Assembly (NCBI GenBank): GCA_963695855.1
Contig: CAVOHZ010000002.1
Span: 1-64,000, forward strand
Reading direction: 5' to 3'
Length of the DNA: 64,000 nucleotides
Origin: an uncultured Nitrososphaerales archaeon
GTDB lineage: Archaea > Thermoproteota > Nitrososphaeria > Nitrososphaerales > Nitrososphaeraceae
Shown here: one piece after another, positions 1 to 11,106 of the stretch
How positions within the stretch are numbered: position 1 is the first letter of the stretch
How the letters are laid out: the number at the start of each line of letters is the position of its first letter
The notes under the pieces: generated by a model
Seen by the model: only the letters and a program-made list of their open reading frames with translations
Databases searched by the model: none
Told to the model about the DNA's origin: nothing
Program-made: the position numbers and the translations under genes

Positions 1-879
1 TTCAGTGAATCGATAAATGTATCAAATGCACTGGAACCGTAAGTCTGCAACGGTTCAACCTGTGCGGTTTGGTGTCCGAATCTCTTAAGATATATTAGTC
101 TGATCCTGTATAATTTCCCAACCCTGTCCTTTTGTTATCTTGATATATCTACGGTTTTTATCAGTCAAGTCGTAGTAAATGGAGTCTTTGATTTGAGGAT
201 TTGTCCAAGCTATTTTAAGATGTAACGGTATGGTTTCACCGTCAAAAATTGCTTTTGCTGCCAGTGTTCTGATTGCACTGTTTAAACCCTCTGCAGTTGC
301 AACAATTCCGAATTGGTCATAAAACAATTTTGCATGATATCTTTCAAATTTCTTACCTTCTACTGAAAGGACCTCATGGTGGTTGTTATCTATCTTTAAT
401 AATGCGTGCGGTACCCCAAATTCGTCGTTAAATAAAGTAGCATAATCCTCTGCAAGACGGATTAACATACCTGCAATTTCTTGGTTGGTAATTTTTCCGC
501 CGCCAGTCTCTAGTTCTACTCCTCCTGCTCCCTCTTCGTCATACTCTTCATCCTCCACGTTACTACTCGTATAACGTTTTAAAATCTCCTCTTGATTTTC
601 ATTTAAAAATCTTCTAGACAGTAGTTTGGATTCATCGTCATTTATCCCTGTACTCCTGCATTTGTTCCCAGAATATATCGAAATTTTTAGTCCACTTTTT
701 ACGTTCTCTAAACTCCAAGTAATCGGTGCATTTGCTTTGTGGTTTACATATACATTCATTATATCAGTAATTCTGTTAAATGTCCCGTATTCTATCAGAC
801 CACTCTTTTCTAAATCCTTATTTTTCTTCAAATAATAGATTTCTGGATTGTTATCATTCTCATTATTGGACATTTTCAA
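1..879 (-). pseudogene. Replication/primase-helicase-associated protein of integrative element, frameshifted near 88 and running off the window
   Basis: The ORF 85..879 ends at ...QTNIS*, but a shifted frame continues LKRFGHQTAQVEPLQTYGSSAFDTFIDSL to the window edge. The IYYDLT...I.IT...W.I motif resembles proteins of archaeal integrated elements. Function is inferred. Confidence 0.5.
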
Positions 880-884
880 AGACC

Positions 885-1100
885 TTACTGTTTGTCAAGA
901 CTTAGGAATAATTTTCCCCCTCGTGGTCCAAACTCTAAATTATTCGTTTCGTGTTCTAGACTATAGATACTATCACCATTTTCTGATAAGACGTCAATTG
1001 ATTCGTACGATGTATTTGTTATGTGCGGAAACTGAGAAAACTTTTTATTTTTATATTGTTTATTATTGGTGAGTTCCTCAACTCTTTCCATTTTTTTCAT
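885..1100 (-). CDS. Small hypothetical protein (integrative element)
   Basis: 71-aa ORF, co-oriented and tightly packed with 85..879. Confidence 0.35.
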   Translation of the reverse strand: MKKMERVEELTNNKQYKNKKFSQFPHITNTSYESIDVLSENGDSIYSLEHETNNLEFGPRGGKLFLSLDKQ

Positions 1101-1299
1101 ACTGGATTACAACTCCTTTTTTCAGAATTGGTTGGCTTAGCAGACAGACAAAATTCAGTATTGCTATTCTTATGACAGTCTTACATCTGCAATGAATCTC
1201 ATGGTCAGTAAATTTATTTTTCCATATTTGTGGACATATATAATGTTGTCCGGGACATGAATTTATCGTCCAAGGTTCAATAGATTGTTTTTGCGTCAT
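1078..1299 (-). CDS. Small Cys/His-rich hypothetical protein (integrative element)
   Basis: C-x3-H-x2-C...H-C-x-C pattern; first gene of an apparent operon divergent from the regulator. Confidence 0.4.
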   Translation of the reverse strand: MTQKQSIEPWTINSCPGQHYICPQIWKNKFTDHEIHCRCKTVIRIAILNFVCLLSQPILKKGVVIQYEKNGKS

Positions 1300-1520
1300 T
1301 TCTGAGTTTGGTTCTCCTGGACTGTGTCACTTTTTTTATGGACTGTCACGGATGTGCGACAATGTGGACAAGAACAAACATATTTATTTTCTCCTGTATA
1401 TTTCCAACTATAGTTGCATCTTTGGCATGATAGTTCGACTCCTGTTTTTTGAATTGATTTCAACATGTAGATAGTTAGGTATTTAATATCGTATAATCTT
1501 ACTATGAACTAGTCCATAGT

Positions 1521-2693
1521 TTGGCTAATACCTGTTATGACCCTTCACTCGATGAAGAAATCTTAAAACATATAGATGATTCTATTGGAATAACATTTAT
1601 CATTCTTTTCAAAATTTTAAATGAAAATAACTTAACAAATAGCAAAACCACGGTTAGTAAACATCTAAAATTTCTTGAAGATAAAAAAATAATTGAATGG
1701 ACAAGAAACAGTCCAGGACATAAGGGATCGATTAGATTTACACCGACTGCAAAAATAGAAGAAAAATATTATGGATTTCCGACAAGGATCTACATTGGTA
1801 AAAGAGGAATTTGTAAAGAATGGAAAAAACAAAATCAAATAAATGTCAATAAAGAAAGAGAAAATAAGAAAATTTTATTTCTTTTATTGAGTGCTTCCTA
1901 CGGTTCTCTTGAATTTCAAACTTCTGCAATACCTAAACCAGGAGATGTTGTTATTAAAGATTCTAAAGGAATATCTAAAACAGTTTCAATATCCAAGGAA
2001 GAAGGATTTTCGCCATCCGATCTTGATAAAAATGAATCTCAATTTTCTATTATGAGAGATTATTTTAATTTTGATCAGTTCTCATCAACAAAAAATGAAA
2101 TAGAACAAATAATTAAAGAAATCAATAAAGATGTCCCATTAAGAAAAATTATTGGAAAAGATAGAAAAAATATAAGATATGATATTCAAGATGATGTATT
2201 AAAGAACTTGTTAATACTTTGTACTAATATTTTGATAGATTATGTTTTATTGATGCAACGGTTTTGGTTGGTAACAAATACGTTACCCACAAAAGAAAGA
2301 GACTGGTTTCGTTTAATAGTCGGTTCTGACAAGGCTGCTGAATTATTTGTAGAGATTGAGGAGAATAAACGAGGTAAAGAATCAATAAAGGATTTGTATA
2401 TAGAAGTATTTTATGATGGGATAGATTGAGATTTAGCAAACAAAATCATTAAAGAAAAAGAGGAATCTAATCCAAACTATTTTACAAAAAATGAGTTAAA
2501 GAAAAGAATGTTTAATTCTTCATCAGCAGATTTTATATCATCTATTAATATGAGTTGTCAAACTATTGAAACTGATAAAAATATTCAAAAACTAATTGAG
2601 GACAAAAAATATGAATGGATTATTGAAAAACTCCCTGAAATAATAAATCCAAAATTTTCGAGAAGTCTTTTTCAGGTAAAATTAAGAAGTTAA
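1521..2693 (+). pseudogene. Winged-helix transcriptional regulator-like gene interrupted by in-frame TGA at 2427-2429
   Basis: N-terminal wHTH-like motif SKTTVSKHLKFLEDKKIIEW. The frame stays open after the TGA (DLANKIIKEK...) into ORF 2508..2693. Confidence 0.6.
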
Positions 2694-2808
2694 CAATTTT
2701 GTAATTATCTTGGTAGTATATATAATGTAAAGTAAAAGTGATTATTTTGGATTGTTTATTTCTGAAGTTGTTCATATATAGATAATAAAATATGACTATA
2801 AGTGACTA

Positions 2809-4461
2809 TTATTTTATTATTTTTTTTTTATTATTGCTTCTGCTACTGTTGTTACTAAACGTAGAAGAAGGAATCAAGACTTCCCCGACTACTTTATTTT
2901 TTATTTCTGGTTTTAAGACAATCCCAGTGACTATTCCACTTTGTTTATTACTATCATCATAAAGAATTTTATTTCCAGGCTGACTTAATAGAAATGCATT
3001 AAATCTATCAGTTAAAAATGCAACAGATCTCTTTAACTCTTCAATATCATTATCTTTTTCCTTTTGTTTTTCTAAGGTTTCTGTATAAGAATCATAAGAA
3101 AGGATCATTTTACATTTTATACAGAATTTGCCATCTGGTTTATTAGGTTCAAAACAGTTAGGACAATGCTTTGATTGTAAAGATGATGTTTGTTTTTCTT
3201 CTGTTTTAATGATTCCTCTTTTTTGCAGTAGTATTTTTGATGGTTCATTACTAAGGTGAATGTAGACCTGTGGCATTTTACTTGACATAGTCCATCCAGC
3301 ATGAGATCTCAAAACTGCTTCTGTTAGAAATTGGCTCTTTTCAGTTAAGGCTGAATGTCTAAAGACATAGAGATTCCAAGGCTTTGTAAGCATGTTTTTT
3401 ATTAATGCTTTATCAAAATCAGGAATAGTTTCATCTTTTAATAGAGAAGGAAAATATCGCTTTCTATAATATTCATAATGACTTGATAAACCTTCATAGG
3501 TAAGTTTTTTTCCATGATTATTTCCTTGAGAAATAAAAATCCAAGAATCAGGATTTGAATTAGTTGGATGTTCTTGCAGCCATTCTTTTAGATATGGTAA
3601 AGAATCAATTAGTGGGACTGTTCTTGAACCAGTCTTGCCTCCAGTAATTCGGACTTCGGCATATTGTATTCCTTCTTCATTAACATGAAATTTGATGTCT
3701 TTGATTTTGAGATTTAAAATCTCAGTTGGTCTTGCAGACATATCATTTGCTAATGAATGATAACATCTATCCCTACTGAAAGGACAATATTTCAAAAATA
3801 TTGCATGTTCTCTTGATTCCCAAATATCTGCAGGTTTGTAAGATGTCTTTTCTTTTCTAGGTAGTCGTTTTACACCCTGCATGCAGACAGGAGTAGTTCT
3901 ATTTCTCTGGTCTGGTTCATCAGGATTGTATAACCATCTAAAGAATTTTGTTAAAATTATCTGTCTGCCATTATACGATCCAATCCATTTCTCGTATGGA
4001 TCCTCCACTGTAGGTTTCCTTAAACTATTGAGAAAACCGAGAATATCGTCTTTTGTCATGTCTCTAAAAGATTTTTTATCTTGAAAATGGTTAGATAACC
4101 ATGTTAGAACCTTTATTTTACTTTCTTTAGTTGAATTTTGTATGTTTATTTCTATCTGTTCTGCAATAATATAATCACAAATAATAGTTGCATTTTCTAA
4201 ATTCTTTTTGACTAATTCCTTCAATATTTTATTGAAATATGGTCTAGATAGTCCATTTGTTATAGAATCTATCTTTCTTTCTAATTCTTCTATATTGTTA
4301 CTAAAAGAAGAAAAAATTTTTATTGTTCTTTTCTTGATTTGTGATTTTAGCAGAATCATGTCTCTTTTGCTTTTTGTTTCAATGACAAATTCTCTTTGCT
4401 TATTCTTATTCCTTTTTGTAGAACCCACATCCGAAGCGCCGGGAGTGGGACTCGAACCCAC
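2809..4461 (-). CDS. Tyrosine recombinase/integrase with C-terminal Zn-ribbon
   Basis: Catalytic motifs SARPTE, GKTG, YVFRH, AGW and VYIH; CPNC...CIKC; abuts and overlaps the tRNA 3' end. The true start is uncertain. Confidence 0.9.
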   Translation of the reverse strand: MGSSPTPGASDVGSTKRNKNKQREFVIETKSKRDMILLKSQIKKRTIKIFSSFSNNIEELERKIDSITNGLSRPYFNKILKELVKKNLENATIICDYIIAEQIEINIQNSTKESKIKVLTWLSNHFQDKKSFRDMTKDDILGFLNSLRKPTVEDPYEKWIGSYNGRQIILTKFFRWLYNPDEPDQRNRTTPVCMQGVKRLPRKEKTSYKPADIWESREHAIFLKYCPFSRDRCYHSLANDMSARPTEILNLKIKDIKFHVNEEGIQYAEVRITGGKTGSRTVPLIDSLPYLKEWLQEHPTNSNPDSWIFISQGNNHGKKLTYEGLSSHYEYYRKRYFPSLLKDETIPDFDKALIKNMLTKPWNLYVFRHSALTEKSQFLTEAVLRSHAGWTMSSKMPQVYIHLSNEPSKILLQKRGIIKTEEKQTSSLQSKHCPNCFEPNKPDGKFCIKCKMILSYDSYTETLEKQKEKDNDIEELKRSVAFLTDRFNAFLLSQPGNKILYDDSNKQSGIVTGIVLKPEIKNKVVGEVLIPSSTFSNNSSRSNNKKKIIK

Positions 4462-4558
4462 GAGTCCACAAGGACATCAGCTAGCACGTCATACCATACG
4501 ATCTCGAGGCTGACCCCTGTTAGGGTCATTGTGACTTACCTAGCTTGGGTACCCCGGC
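4437..4558 (-). tRNA. tRNA-Ser(CGA) with D-arm intron and canonical 37/38 intron
   Basis: GCCGGGG...TCAGC-CT-CGA-G[intron]A-GCTGA, long variable arm, GTGGG-TTCGAGT-CCCAC-TCCCGGC-G; about 17 extra nt in the D arm. Confidence 0.85.
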
Positions 4559-4756
4559 ATCTACTAAAAACACATTGTATTTTATATATTTATTATCTAA
4601 TACAGATTCTAAATGTCATTAGATATACATCATCTAAAAAGCCGAATAACAATTAAACTTTTATCATAAGCATCTGAAATCCAATTTCCCTTCTTTTTTC
4701 TTATTTATTCACTAATATTCTTGATTTTGAAATATAACATTTAATTAATAAATAAT

Positions 4757-7021
4757 ATGCTTATTGAATATAAGAAGAACAGAGAGGAAATTATGGCTTT
4801 ATCGAACATTATGGATAAAAATTTACAAACAATAATCTCAGATTTGGGATATACTTCTTTATATCCAATTCAAAAACAAGCTATATCAAAAGGTCTTTTA
4901 AAGGGAAAAAATCTACTTGTAACCTCTCCAACAGCTAGTGGCAAAACGCTAATAGCAATAATGGCTGCCATTAAATCAATTGAAAAAAAACAGAAAGTCA
5001 TTTATTTGACACCATTACGATCATTAGCTACTGAAAAATATAATGATTTTTTAGCTTTAAAAAATGTTTATTTCAATGGGAATACAAATAATTCTTTAAA
5101 CTCGGATCAAACTATTGAAAATAATAATAACAAGAAGAGAATAAAAGATGGAAAAAAAGAACTCGTAATAAAGATAGCGAGTGGAGATTATGACTCACAA
5201 GGAAAAGATCTATTGGATGCAGATATTGTTATATTAACTAATGAAAAACTTGATGCACTAATACGAAACGATACTGAGCTATTGTCTAATGTAGGACTTT
5301 TTGTTGCTGATGAAATACACTTAATAGGAGATAAAGATCGAGGTCCAACTCTTGAGATAATGTTGACAAAAATAAAAAAGTTCTATCATGAAGCACAAAT
5401 ACTAGCTCTCAGTGCAACTGTATCAAATTCAAAAGAGATTGCTGAATGGTTAGACTGTACATTACTAGAAAGCAATTGGAGACCAACAACTCTAATAGAA
5501 GGAATATATGATCAGGGGATAATCCGCACAAATAATAACAAAAAATCTAAAATAAATCATAATTCATCAATATCATCTGCCCCGGTAGATATAGCAGTGG
5601 ATTCTGTAGAAAATGGTGGACAAGTAATTATTTTTGCAGATACCCGAAAAAGAGCAGCTTCACTAGCAGCAAAATCAGCCGAAGGAATTTTTAGTTTACT
5701 CGATAAAAAACAAAAGGAAAAAGCTGCAAATCTTGCATCCAAATTAGCTAAAATATCCGACGATACAGAACTTACAAAAAACCTTATAACCTTAATTTCA
5801 AAAGGTGTAGGTTTTCATCATGCAGGATTAGGACATGTAGCACGGGAAAAAATTGAAGAATATTTTAAAAACGGAACAATCAAGCTATTAGCTTCTACTC
5901 CGACATTGGCCGCAGGAGTAAATCTTCCTGCTAGAAGAGTAATCTTGTCTAGTATTTTGAGATATGATTATGATTATGGTTCAAATGTTCCGATAAGTAT
6001 TCTTGAATATAAACAATTATGTGGACGAGCTGGTAGGCCGCAATATGATACATTTGGAGAAGCAATAATTGTATCAGAATCTGGAATGAATTCAGAAGAT
6101 CTGTATGATCATTATATTCTTGGAACCCCTGAACCTATTAAATCCAAATTATTTAATGAAAAATCATTACGTTTCCATATTCTTAGTACTATATCAACTA
6201 TTCCAGGAATAAAAAAGATAGAACTCTATGAACTGTTTTCCAATACTCTATTTGCCCAAAATACCAAGAAATCTAACATTATATTTAAAATTGATAGTGT
6301 ATTAGAATATCTTGAAGAGTATGAATTTATAAAATGTAAAAATGATAGGTATATTGCAACGACATTCGGAAAACAAACTTCTATCTTATATATCGATCCC
6401 CTTTCAGCTGTGGAATTTAAAAATACACTTAATTCAATTTCTGAGATTAAAAAATCTCTCGATTCAGGTCAATATGAGAATATTACTGTTTGCTTTTTAC
6501 ATTTAATTTCCGAGTCTTCAGATTTTTATCCAAAACTAGCGCTAAGAAAAAAAGACATGGATATTTTTTATACGACTATCAGAAAATATTCTAATGATCT
6601 AATATATGATCTAGATGAAAATAATTGTTCTCGCAGCTTTCTTGGATTGTGTGAATGGATAAATGAAACTAGTGATAGATCCTTGAGTGATAAATTAGCA
6701 ATAGATCCTGGTGATATGCACAGAATTTCCGAATCTGGTGAATGGTTAATACATTCTTTATATGAATTTGCAAAATTATTCAAGAGAGAAGATCTACTTC
6801 CAATAATTTCTGAACTTAGAACTCGAATAAAATACGGTATAAAGAAGGAATTACTATCGTTGGTAAAGATAGAAGGTATAGGAAGAATAAGAGCACGTGC
6901 ACTTCATGATTCTGGAATAGTTAATATAACAATACTTAAATCAACACCAGAATTCACTTTATCTAAAATATCCAAAATTGGACCAACAGTTGCCAAGAAA
7001 ATCAAAAAACAATTCAATTAA
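4757..7021 (+). CDS. hel308: Ski2-like DEAD/DEAH helicase Hel308
   Basis: PTASGKT, DEIH, LSAT, FHHAGL, GVNLPA, GRAGRP and a C-terminal HhH. Start may be the downstream Met. Confidence 0.9.
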   Translation: MLIEYKKNREEIMALSNIMDKNLQTIISDLGYTSLYPIQKQAISKGLLKGKNLLVTSPTASGKTLIAIMAAIKSIEKKQKVIYLTPLRSLATEKYNDFLALKNVYFNGNTNNSLNSDQTIENNNNKKRIKDGKKELVIKIASGDYDSQGKDLLDADIVILTNEKLDALIRNDTELLSNVGLFVADEIHLIGDKDRGPTLEIMLTKIKKFYHEAQILALSATVSNSKEIAEWLDCTLLESNWRPTTLIEGIYDQGIIRTNNNKKSKINHNSSISSAPVDIAVDSVENGGQVIIFADTRKRAASLAAKSAEGIFSLLDKKQKEKAANLASKLAKISDDTELTKNLITLISKGVGFHHAGLGHVAREKIEEYFKNGTIKLLASTPTLAAGVNLPARRVILSSILRYDYDYGSNVPISILEYKQLCGRAGRPQYDTFGEAIIVSESGMNSEDLYDHYILGTPEPIKSKLFNEKSLRFHILSTISTIPGIKKIELYELFSNTLFAQNTKKSNIIFKIDSVLEYLEEYEFIKCKNDRYIATTFGKQTSILYIDPLSAVEFKNTLNSISEIKKSLDSGQYENITVCFLHLISESSDFYPKLALRKKDMDIFYTTIRKYSNDLIYDLDENNCSRSFLGLCEWINETSDRSLSDKLAIDPGDMHRISESGEWLIHSLYEFAKLFKREDLLPIISELRTRIKYGIKKELLSLVKIEGIGRIRARALHDSGIVNITILKSTPEFTLSKISKIGPTVAKKIKKQFN

Positions 7022-7238
7022 ACATAATTACAATATTGTTATTGCTCACTAATATGATCTCATAAAATCTTAATAGTAAAACAAAAATAGAAATCATTCT
7101 ATCATTAAATAAAGAACTGATATGAAAATCAAAAATATTGTTTTTAACATTGATAAATTTTCTTCATATAAAAAAGAACAATCTGAAAAAAAATACAAAA
7201 ATACAATATCAAAAAGAGTTATCTAGTGAATTTAAAAA

Positions 7239-8267
7239 ATGATAATTTTGAATGATAGTTCTGTACTTACTTTTATTATTTATACAATAATTTCTTCTGT
7301 ATGCTCTTTTTTCATCGTGTATTTTTTTATGCCCCGTGCAATTAAATCTCTTACCTCCAAAGGAAAAGTAGTACAAGACTATCATAAACCACAAAAACCA
7401 AATATTCCAAGACCTGCTGGTCCAATTTTAATTATGGGGATAATAATACCTATGATAATCATTTATCTATTTACCTTTAGTATGGAAATTTTGGCAATCT
7501 TGTTTACAACTATAATTGCATTTTGTGTCGGTTATATTGATGATAAAAAAGTTATGCCAGGATGGTTCAAACCAGTTGCTTTAATTGTTTCAGCATTACC
7601 AATTATTATTTTAGGTGTATATGATACGAACCTCAATCTTATTTTTGGTGATGCATTTATCCCAATTTTATATATCCCATTAATTCTAATTGCAATACCC
7701 GTGGTAGGAAATACAATTAATTCGATTGATGTTTTAAATGGTGTTGTAAGTGGATTCATGTTAATAACATGTATCCCATTGATAATCAGTGTCTATATAT
7801 TTGGAAGTATTGAAGTATTTGTATCAGCCATCTCTCTTTTCTTTATTAATTTAGCTTTCTATAAATATCATAAATTTCCAAGTAAGATCTTTCCAGGTGA
7901 TTCAGGTACCCTAATGCTTGGAGCAATGTATGGTGCTATAGCAATAATAGGAAAATCAGAGCTAATTGCAATTATTGCATTACTTCCTGCTATCTTTAAT
8001 TCATTTTTATTTCTCTCAAGTGTTAAAAGAGTTGTTGAACATAGAGAGATCACTATAAGACCTACATTTTTAACAGATGATTTTAAACTGGATGCATCAA
8101 AAGATAAAAAAGCTCCAATTACACTTTTAAGACTTATTCTTGTAGATGGTCCACTAACAGAAAAAGAATTAGCCACCAAGATTTTCAAACTAGGAATTTT
8201 TTCATCGTGTTTAGCATTAATTTCAATAGTAATACAATATTATTTTGTTTTAGGAATAGGTGGATAA
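7239..8267 (+). CDS. UDP-GlcNAc:dolichyl-phosphate GlcNAc-1-P transferase (GT4/MraY-like, AglH-like)
   Basis: Multi-TM protein with GYIDD, NSIDVLNG and FPGDSG motifs. Confidence 0.85.
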   Translation: MIILNDSSVLTFIIYTIISSVCSFFIVYFFMPRAIKSLTSKGKVVQDYHKPQKPNIPRPAGPILIMGIIIPMIIIYLFTFSMEILAILFTTIIAFCVGYIDDKKVMPGWFKPVALIVSALPIIILGVYDTNLNLIFGDAFIPILYIPLILIAIPVVGNTINSIDVLNGVVSGFMLITCIPLIISVYIFGSIEVFVSAISLFFINLAFYKYHKFPSKIFPGDSGTLMLGAMYGAIAIIGKSELIAIIALLPAIFNSFLFLSSVKRVVEHREITIRPTFLTDDFKLDASKDKKAPITLLRLILVDGPLTEKELATKIFKLGIFSSCLALISIVIQYYFVLGIGG

Positions 8268-8272
8268 ATCGT

Positions 8273-8506
8273 ATGGTTTCAAATCTTATATTGTTGATTG
8301 CGTTATTTTGGTGTACCATTTTAGCAATATCTTTTTTCTTGGTGATTTTTGTCGCTCCCATGGAAATTATAATTTTTAATACTAGAACTGATCTTTATAT
8401 TACATCAATAGCTCAAGCTCTAATAGCTATTTTATTTGTGTTATTACTAATAGTTATTCTCAATTATCTTAAGAGAGTGTATATTCGAAGAAAATTGAAA
8501 ATATGA
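8273..8506 (+). CDS. Small two-TM membrane protein
   Basis: Two hydrophobic segments and a basic tail; ATG lies 5 nt after the upstream stop. Confidence 0.55.
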   Translation: MVSNLILLIALFWCTILAISFFLVIFVAPMEIIIFNTRTDLYITSIAQALIAILFVLLLIVILNYLKRVYIRRKLKI

Positions 8507-8596
8507 GAAAATAAAATCATATCCCTGTATCAACTTAATTATTTAACACATTTTATATATTGATTGTTTTATTTTTATGTAGACATATTAATTAAA

Positions 8597-10543
8597 TCAT
8601 ATTCTAAGCCGGAAAATGAATATATAAAAAATAGCGATAATTTCAAATCTACCAATTATCATATTCGACGACAAAATAATTTTCGAGAGCAAATCTAGAT
8701 CCATGGCAGTTATTCCAACAGATAATCCAGTGTTTGAGATTGTTGAAACAGATTCAAATAAAGAATCAATAAAACTATTATTTGTTAGAAAAGTTAAAGA
8801 TATTCCACTTCCAATTGAAAATATTATAAATAAAGATATAACCATCAAGGATTCTTTAAAGGCTTTATCTGATAATAATGATAACTTCTGTCTTGAAGAT
8901 TGATCTGACTTATTAATATTATATTTTTCAATACATTTTCTGAATTGTGGAGAAGTTGATGAAATAGATGCTGAAATATTTTCCCTATCTGTATCGGAGT
9001 ACGACAGTAAATTCGTTTTTTGACCCAATTTTTTAAAAATATATAGAAATCTTGAAATCTTAATACCACCTGCAGTAGAAAATGCAGTTCCTCCAACGAG
9101 CATCAAAATAATGAGTAATATTTTTCCACCATCAGATAGTTCAACGAGATTTAAAAATTGAAAGCCAGTAGTAGTAGAAGCACTGATCGCATGAAATACA
9201 AAAGATAGCCATCCTACATCAGATACACTTGATTCAATAATTATTAATATTACTATAAATATAGACATAAAAATACAGTAGATTATGATCTCATTCCAAA
9301 GTTTTTTTGTTTTAAATTCTCTACTAAAAATACCGTAATGAAATGCAAAAGGTAAAGCAGATACAATCATTCCAATCATTATTATTGTTAATTGTAAAGT
9401 GTTCTGTGAATCCAAGAAGGTTGAAATTGGTACAAATCCTCCGCTTGTAAGAGTAGCAAATACTACAGACACAGAATCGATTATATCTTCACTTCCAAAA
9501 GTATAGAGTAATATAGTAAAAATTGCTGCATAAACTACGAAGATTATTGTAATTGTAGATAATAATTGTCTAAATTTAAGTATACCACCTCCAATCATAT
9601 TTTTCATCGCAGCCAATTTTGTTTCTGGATAATATAATGCCATTACAAGATAAATAAAACTTAATCCACCAACCCATAAAGTATATGAACGATAAAATAC
9701 AAAACTTGCCGGCAAATCCTCTGGATGAACTATAGTAGAAATACCTGTAGTAGTAAATCCTGATGTACTCTCCAAGAATGAATTAACAAAAAGTGATACA
9801 TAATCAATATTATTCCAAAAAGGATTAACATAAATATATGGCAGGCTTCCAAACAAGCTTAACAACACAAAACTTAAGACAACAACAATGGATGCCTGCT
9901 TTAAATTTAAAGGACTTTTTTCTCCAAATATATTTAACACAAAACCTACAAAAAATGTTGTTACTACAGTAAGGTAAATCCCTGTTGCAGAGTGTAATTC
10001 ATTCATAAACGTTGCCAATAGAGAAGGAACAATCATTAATATTCCAGCAAATTGCATTATGAAACCAACATTTCCAAAGATAGGCTTATAATGTTCCCTA
10101 ATTGTTACTCTATAACTTCTAAAAGTTTTTTCTATCACTGAATTTCTAATAGAATCTGCAAGAGTCTTTTGTAGTACCATTCCTACTATTTTTTTGCCGG
10201 TTTTATCAGACGAATCTGTTATAGGAATCTTCTTAATTCTACGAAGTCGCATAGATTCTATAGCTTCTTTAACAGTAGAATTGCTTGCTAAAGTTATTAT
10301 TGGCGATGTCATTATAGACCTGAGTAATACTAAATCTGAATCTTCTCCTTTGATTACGACTTTTTCTAGAATATCGCTATCAGTTACTATTCCTACAGGA
10401 AATTCATTGCGAGTTACAATAATAGTTTCCACTTTTTTTTGTTGCATTAGTTTAACTGCTGATGCAACTGACAAATTTTCATTCAATAAAACAAATTGTC
10501 TATGCATATAAAAAAATACAGAACGTTCTAATGGTTCAACCAT
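8597..10543 (-). CDS. CBS-pair fused TrkH-family potassium transporter
   Basis: N-terminal CBS pair (VGIVTDSD, MTSPII); four filter motifs FTTTG, LTSGGF, STTTGF, SNTGL; STAGGIK; IGRFE. Confidence 0.9.
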   Translation of the reverse strand: MVEPLERSVFFYMHRQFVLLNENLSVASAVKLMQQKKVETIIVTRNEFPVGIVTDSDILEKVVIKGEDSDLVLLRSIMTSPIITLASNSTVKEAIESMRLRRIKKIPITDSSDKTGKKIVGMVLQKTLADSIRNSVIEKTFRSYRVTIREHYKPIFGNVGFIMQFAGILMIVPSLLATFMNELHSATGIYLTVVTTFFVGFVLNIFGEKSPLNLKQASIVVVLSFVLLSLFGSLPYIYVNPFWNNIDYVSLFVNSFLESTSGFTTTGISTIVHPEDLPASFVFYRSYTLWVGGLSFIYLVMALYYPETKLAAMKNMIGGGILKFRQLLSTITIIFVVYAAIFTILLYTFGSEDIIDSVSVVFATLTSGGFVPISTFLDSQNTLQLTIIMIGMIVSALPFAFHYGIFSREFKTKKLWNEIIIYCIFMSIFIVILIIIESSVSDVGWLSFVFHAISASTTTGFQFLNLVELSDGGKILLIILMLVGGTAFSTAGGIKISRFLYIFKKLGQKTNLLSYSDTDRENISASISSTSPQFRKCIEKYNINKSDQSSRQKLSLLSDKAFKESLMVISLFIIFSIGSGISLTFLTNNSFIDSLFESVSTISNTGLSVGITAMDLDLLSKIILSSNMIIGRFEIIAIFYIFIFRLRI

Positions 10544-10785
10544 TCACTATCCTCAATTCCAAATATCCTACTGATTTGCTTAATAATTCTATCAATAAAA
10601 CTATCTGAAATTTTACCAATATTAATAATCCAATCATTTGTAAATGTACAAGTAATCAATAATAAACCCACTAATACTCTATGATTCTATTAGCAGTCAT
10701 ATATAAATGATAGATTGGTAATAAGATGAAAATTTATATATAAACCGATATCTTTATTCAGCTATTAAATTAATATGATCAGTTA

Positions 10786-11001
10786 ATGTTAAAAAATGAT
10801 GAAGACGATCGTTATATAGTTAATTTATGGAAAGCATTTTGTAGATCTAGAAAAGCTTTGTGCATAGAGTACAATGCTCCTGATGCTGTGAACAATAAAT
10901 GGACTAACAGATTCTTTAATATATGTTCCATAGAACAAATTAAAAAATATGTGAAAGATAACATTAATAATGAAGGACACGTTTTAGATGATCCATTTTA
11001 A
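10786..11001 (+). CDS. Hypothetical protein
   Basis: 71-aa ORF only. Confidence 0.3.
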   Translation: MLKNDEDDRYIVNLWKAFCRSRKALCIEYNAPDAVNNKWTNRFFNICSIEQIKKYVKDNINNEGHVLDDPF

Positions 11002-11106
11002 TCAATTTTTGCTGTTGTAGTAATGCATACTAAATAGCATAACTATACTTACCATTATTACCGTTATTGAAGTCATAATCCCTGTAATTGCGTCATTGAA
11101 CTTTTG

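Larger units (their letters stand above)
1..4470. mobile_element. End of a tRNA-Ser-targeting integrative element (other end outside window)
   Basis: Integrase next to the tRNA 3' end, a divergent regulator and a replication-like gene. The second att copy is not in the window. Confidence 0.75.

Noticed and set aside
2427-2429. Selenocysteine or recoded TGA in the regulator
   Set aside because: There is no redox-motif context, TGA is used as a normal stop elsewhere in the window, and a neighbouring element gene is also damaged.
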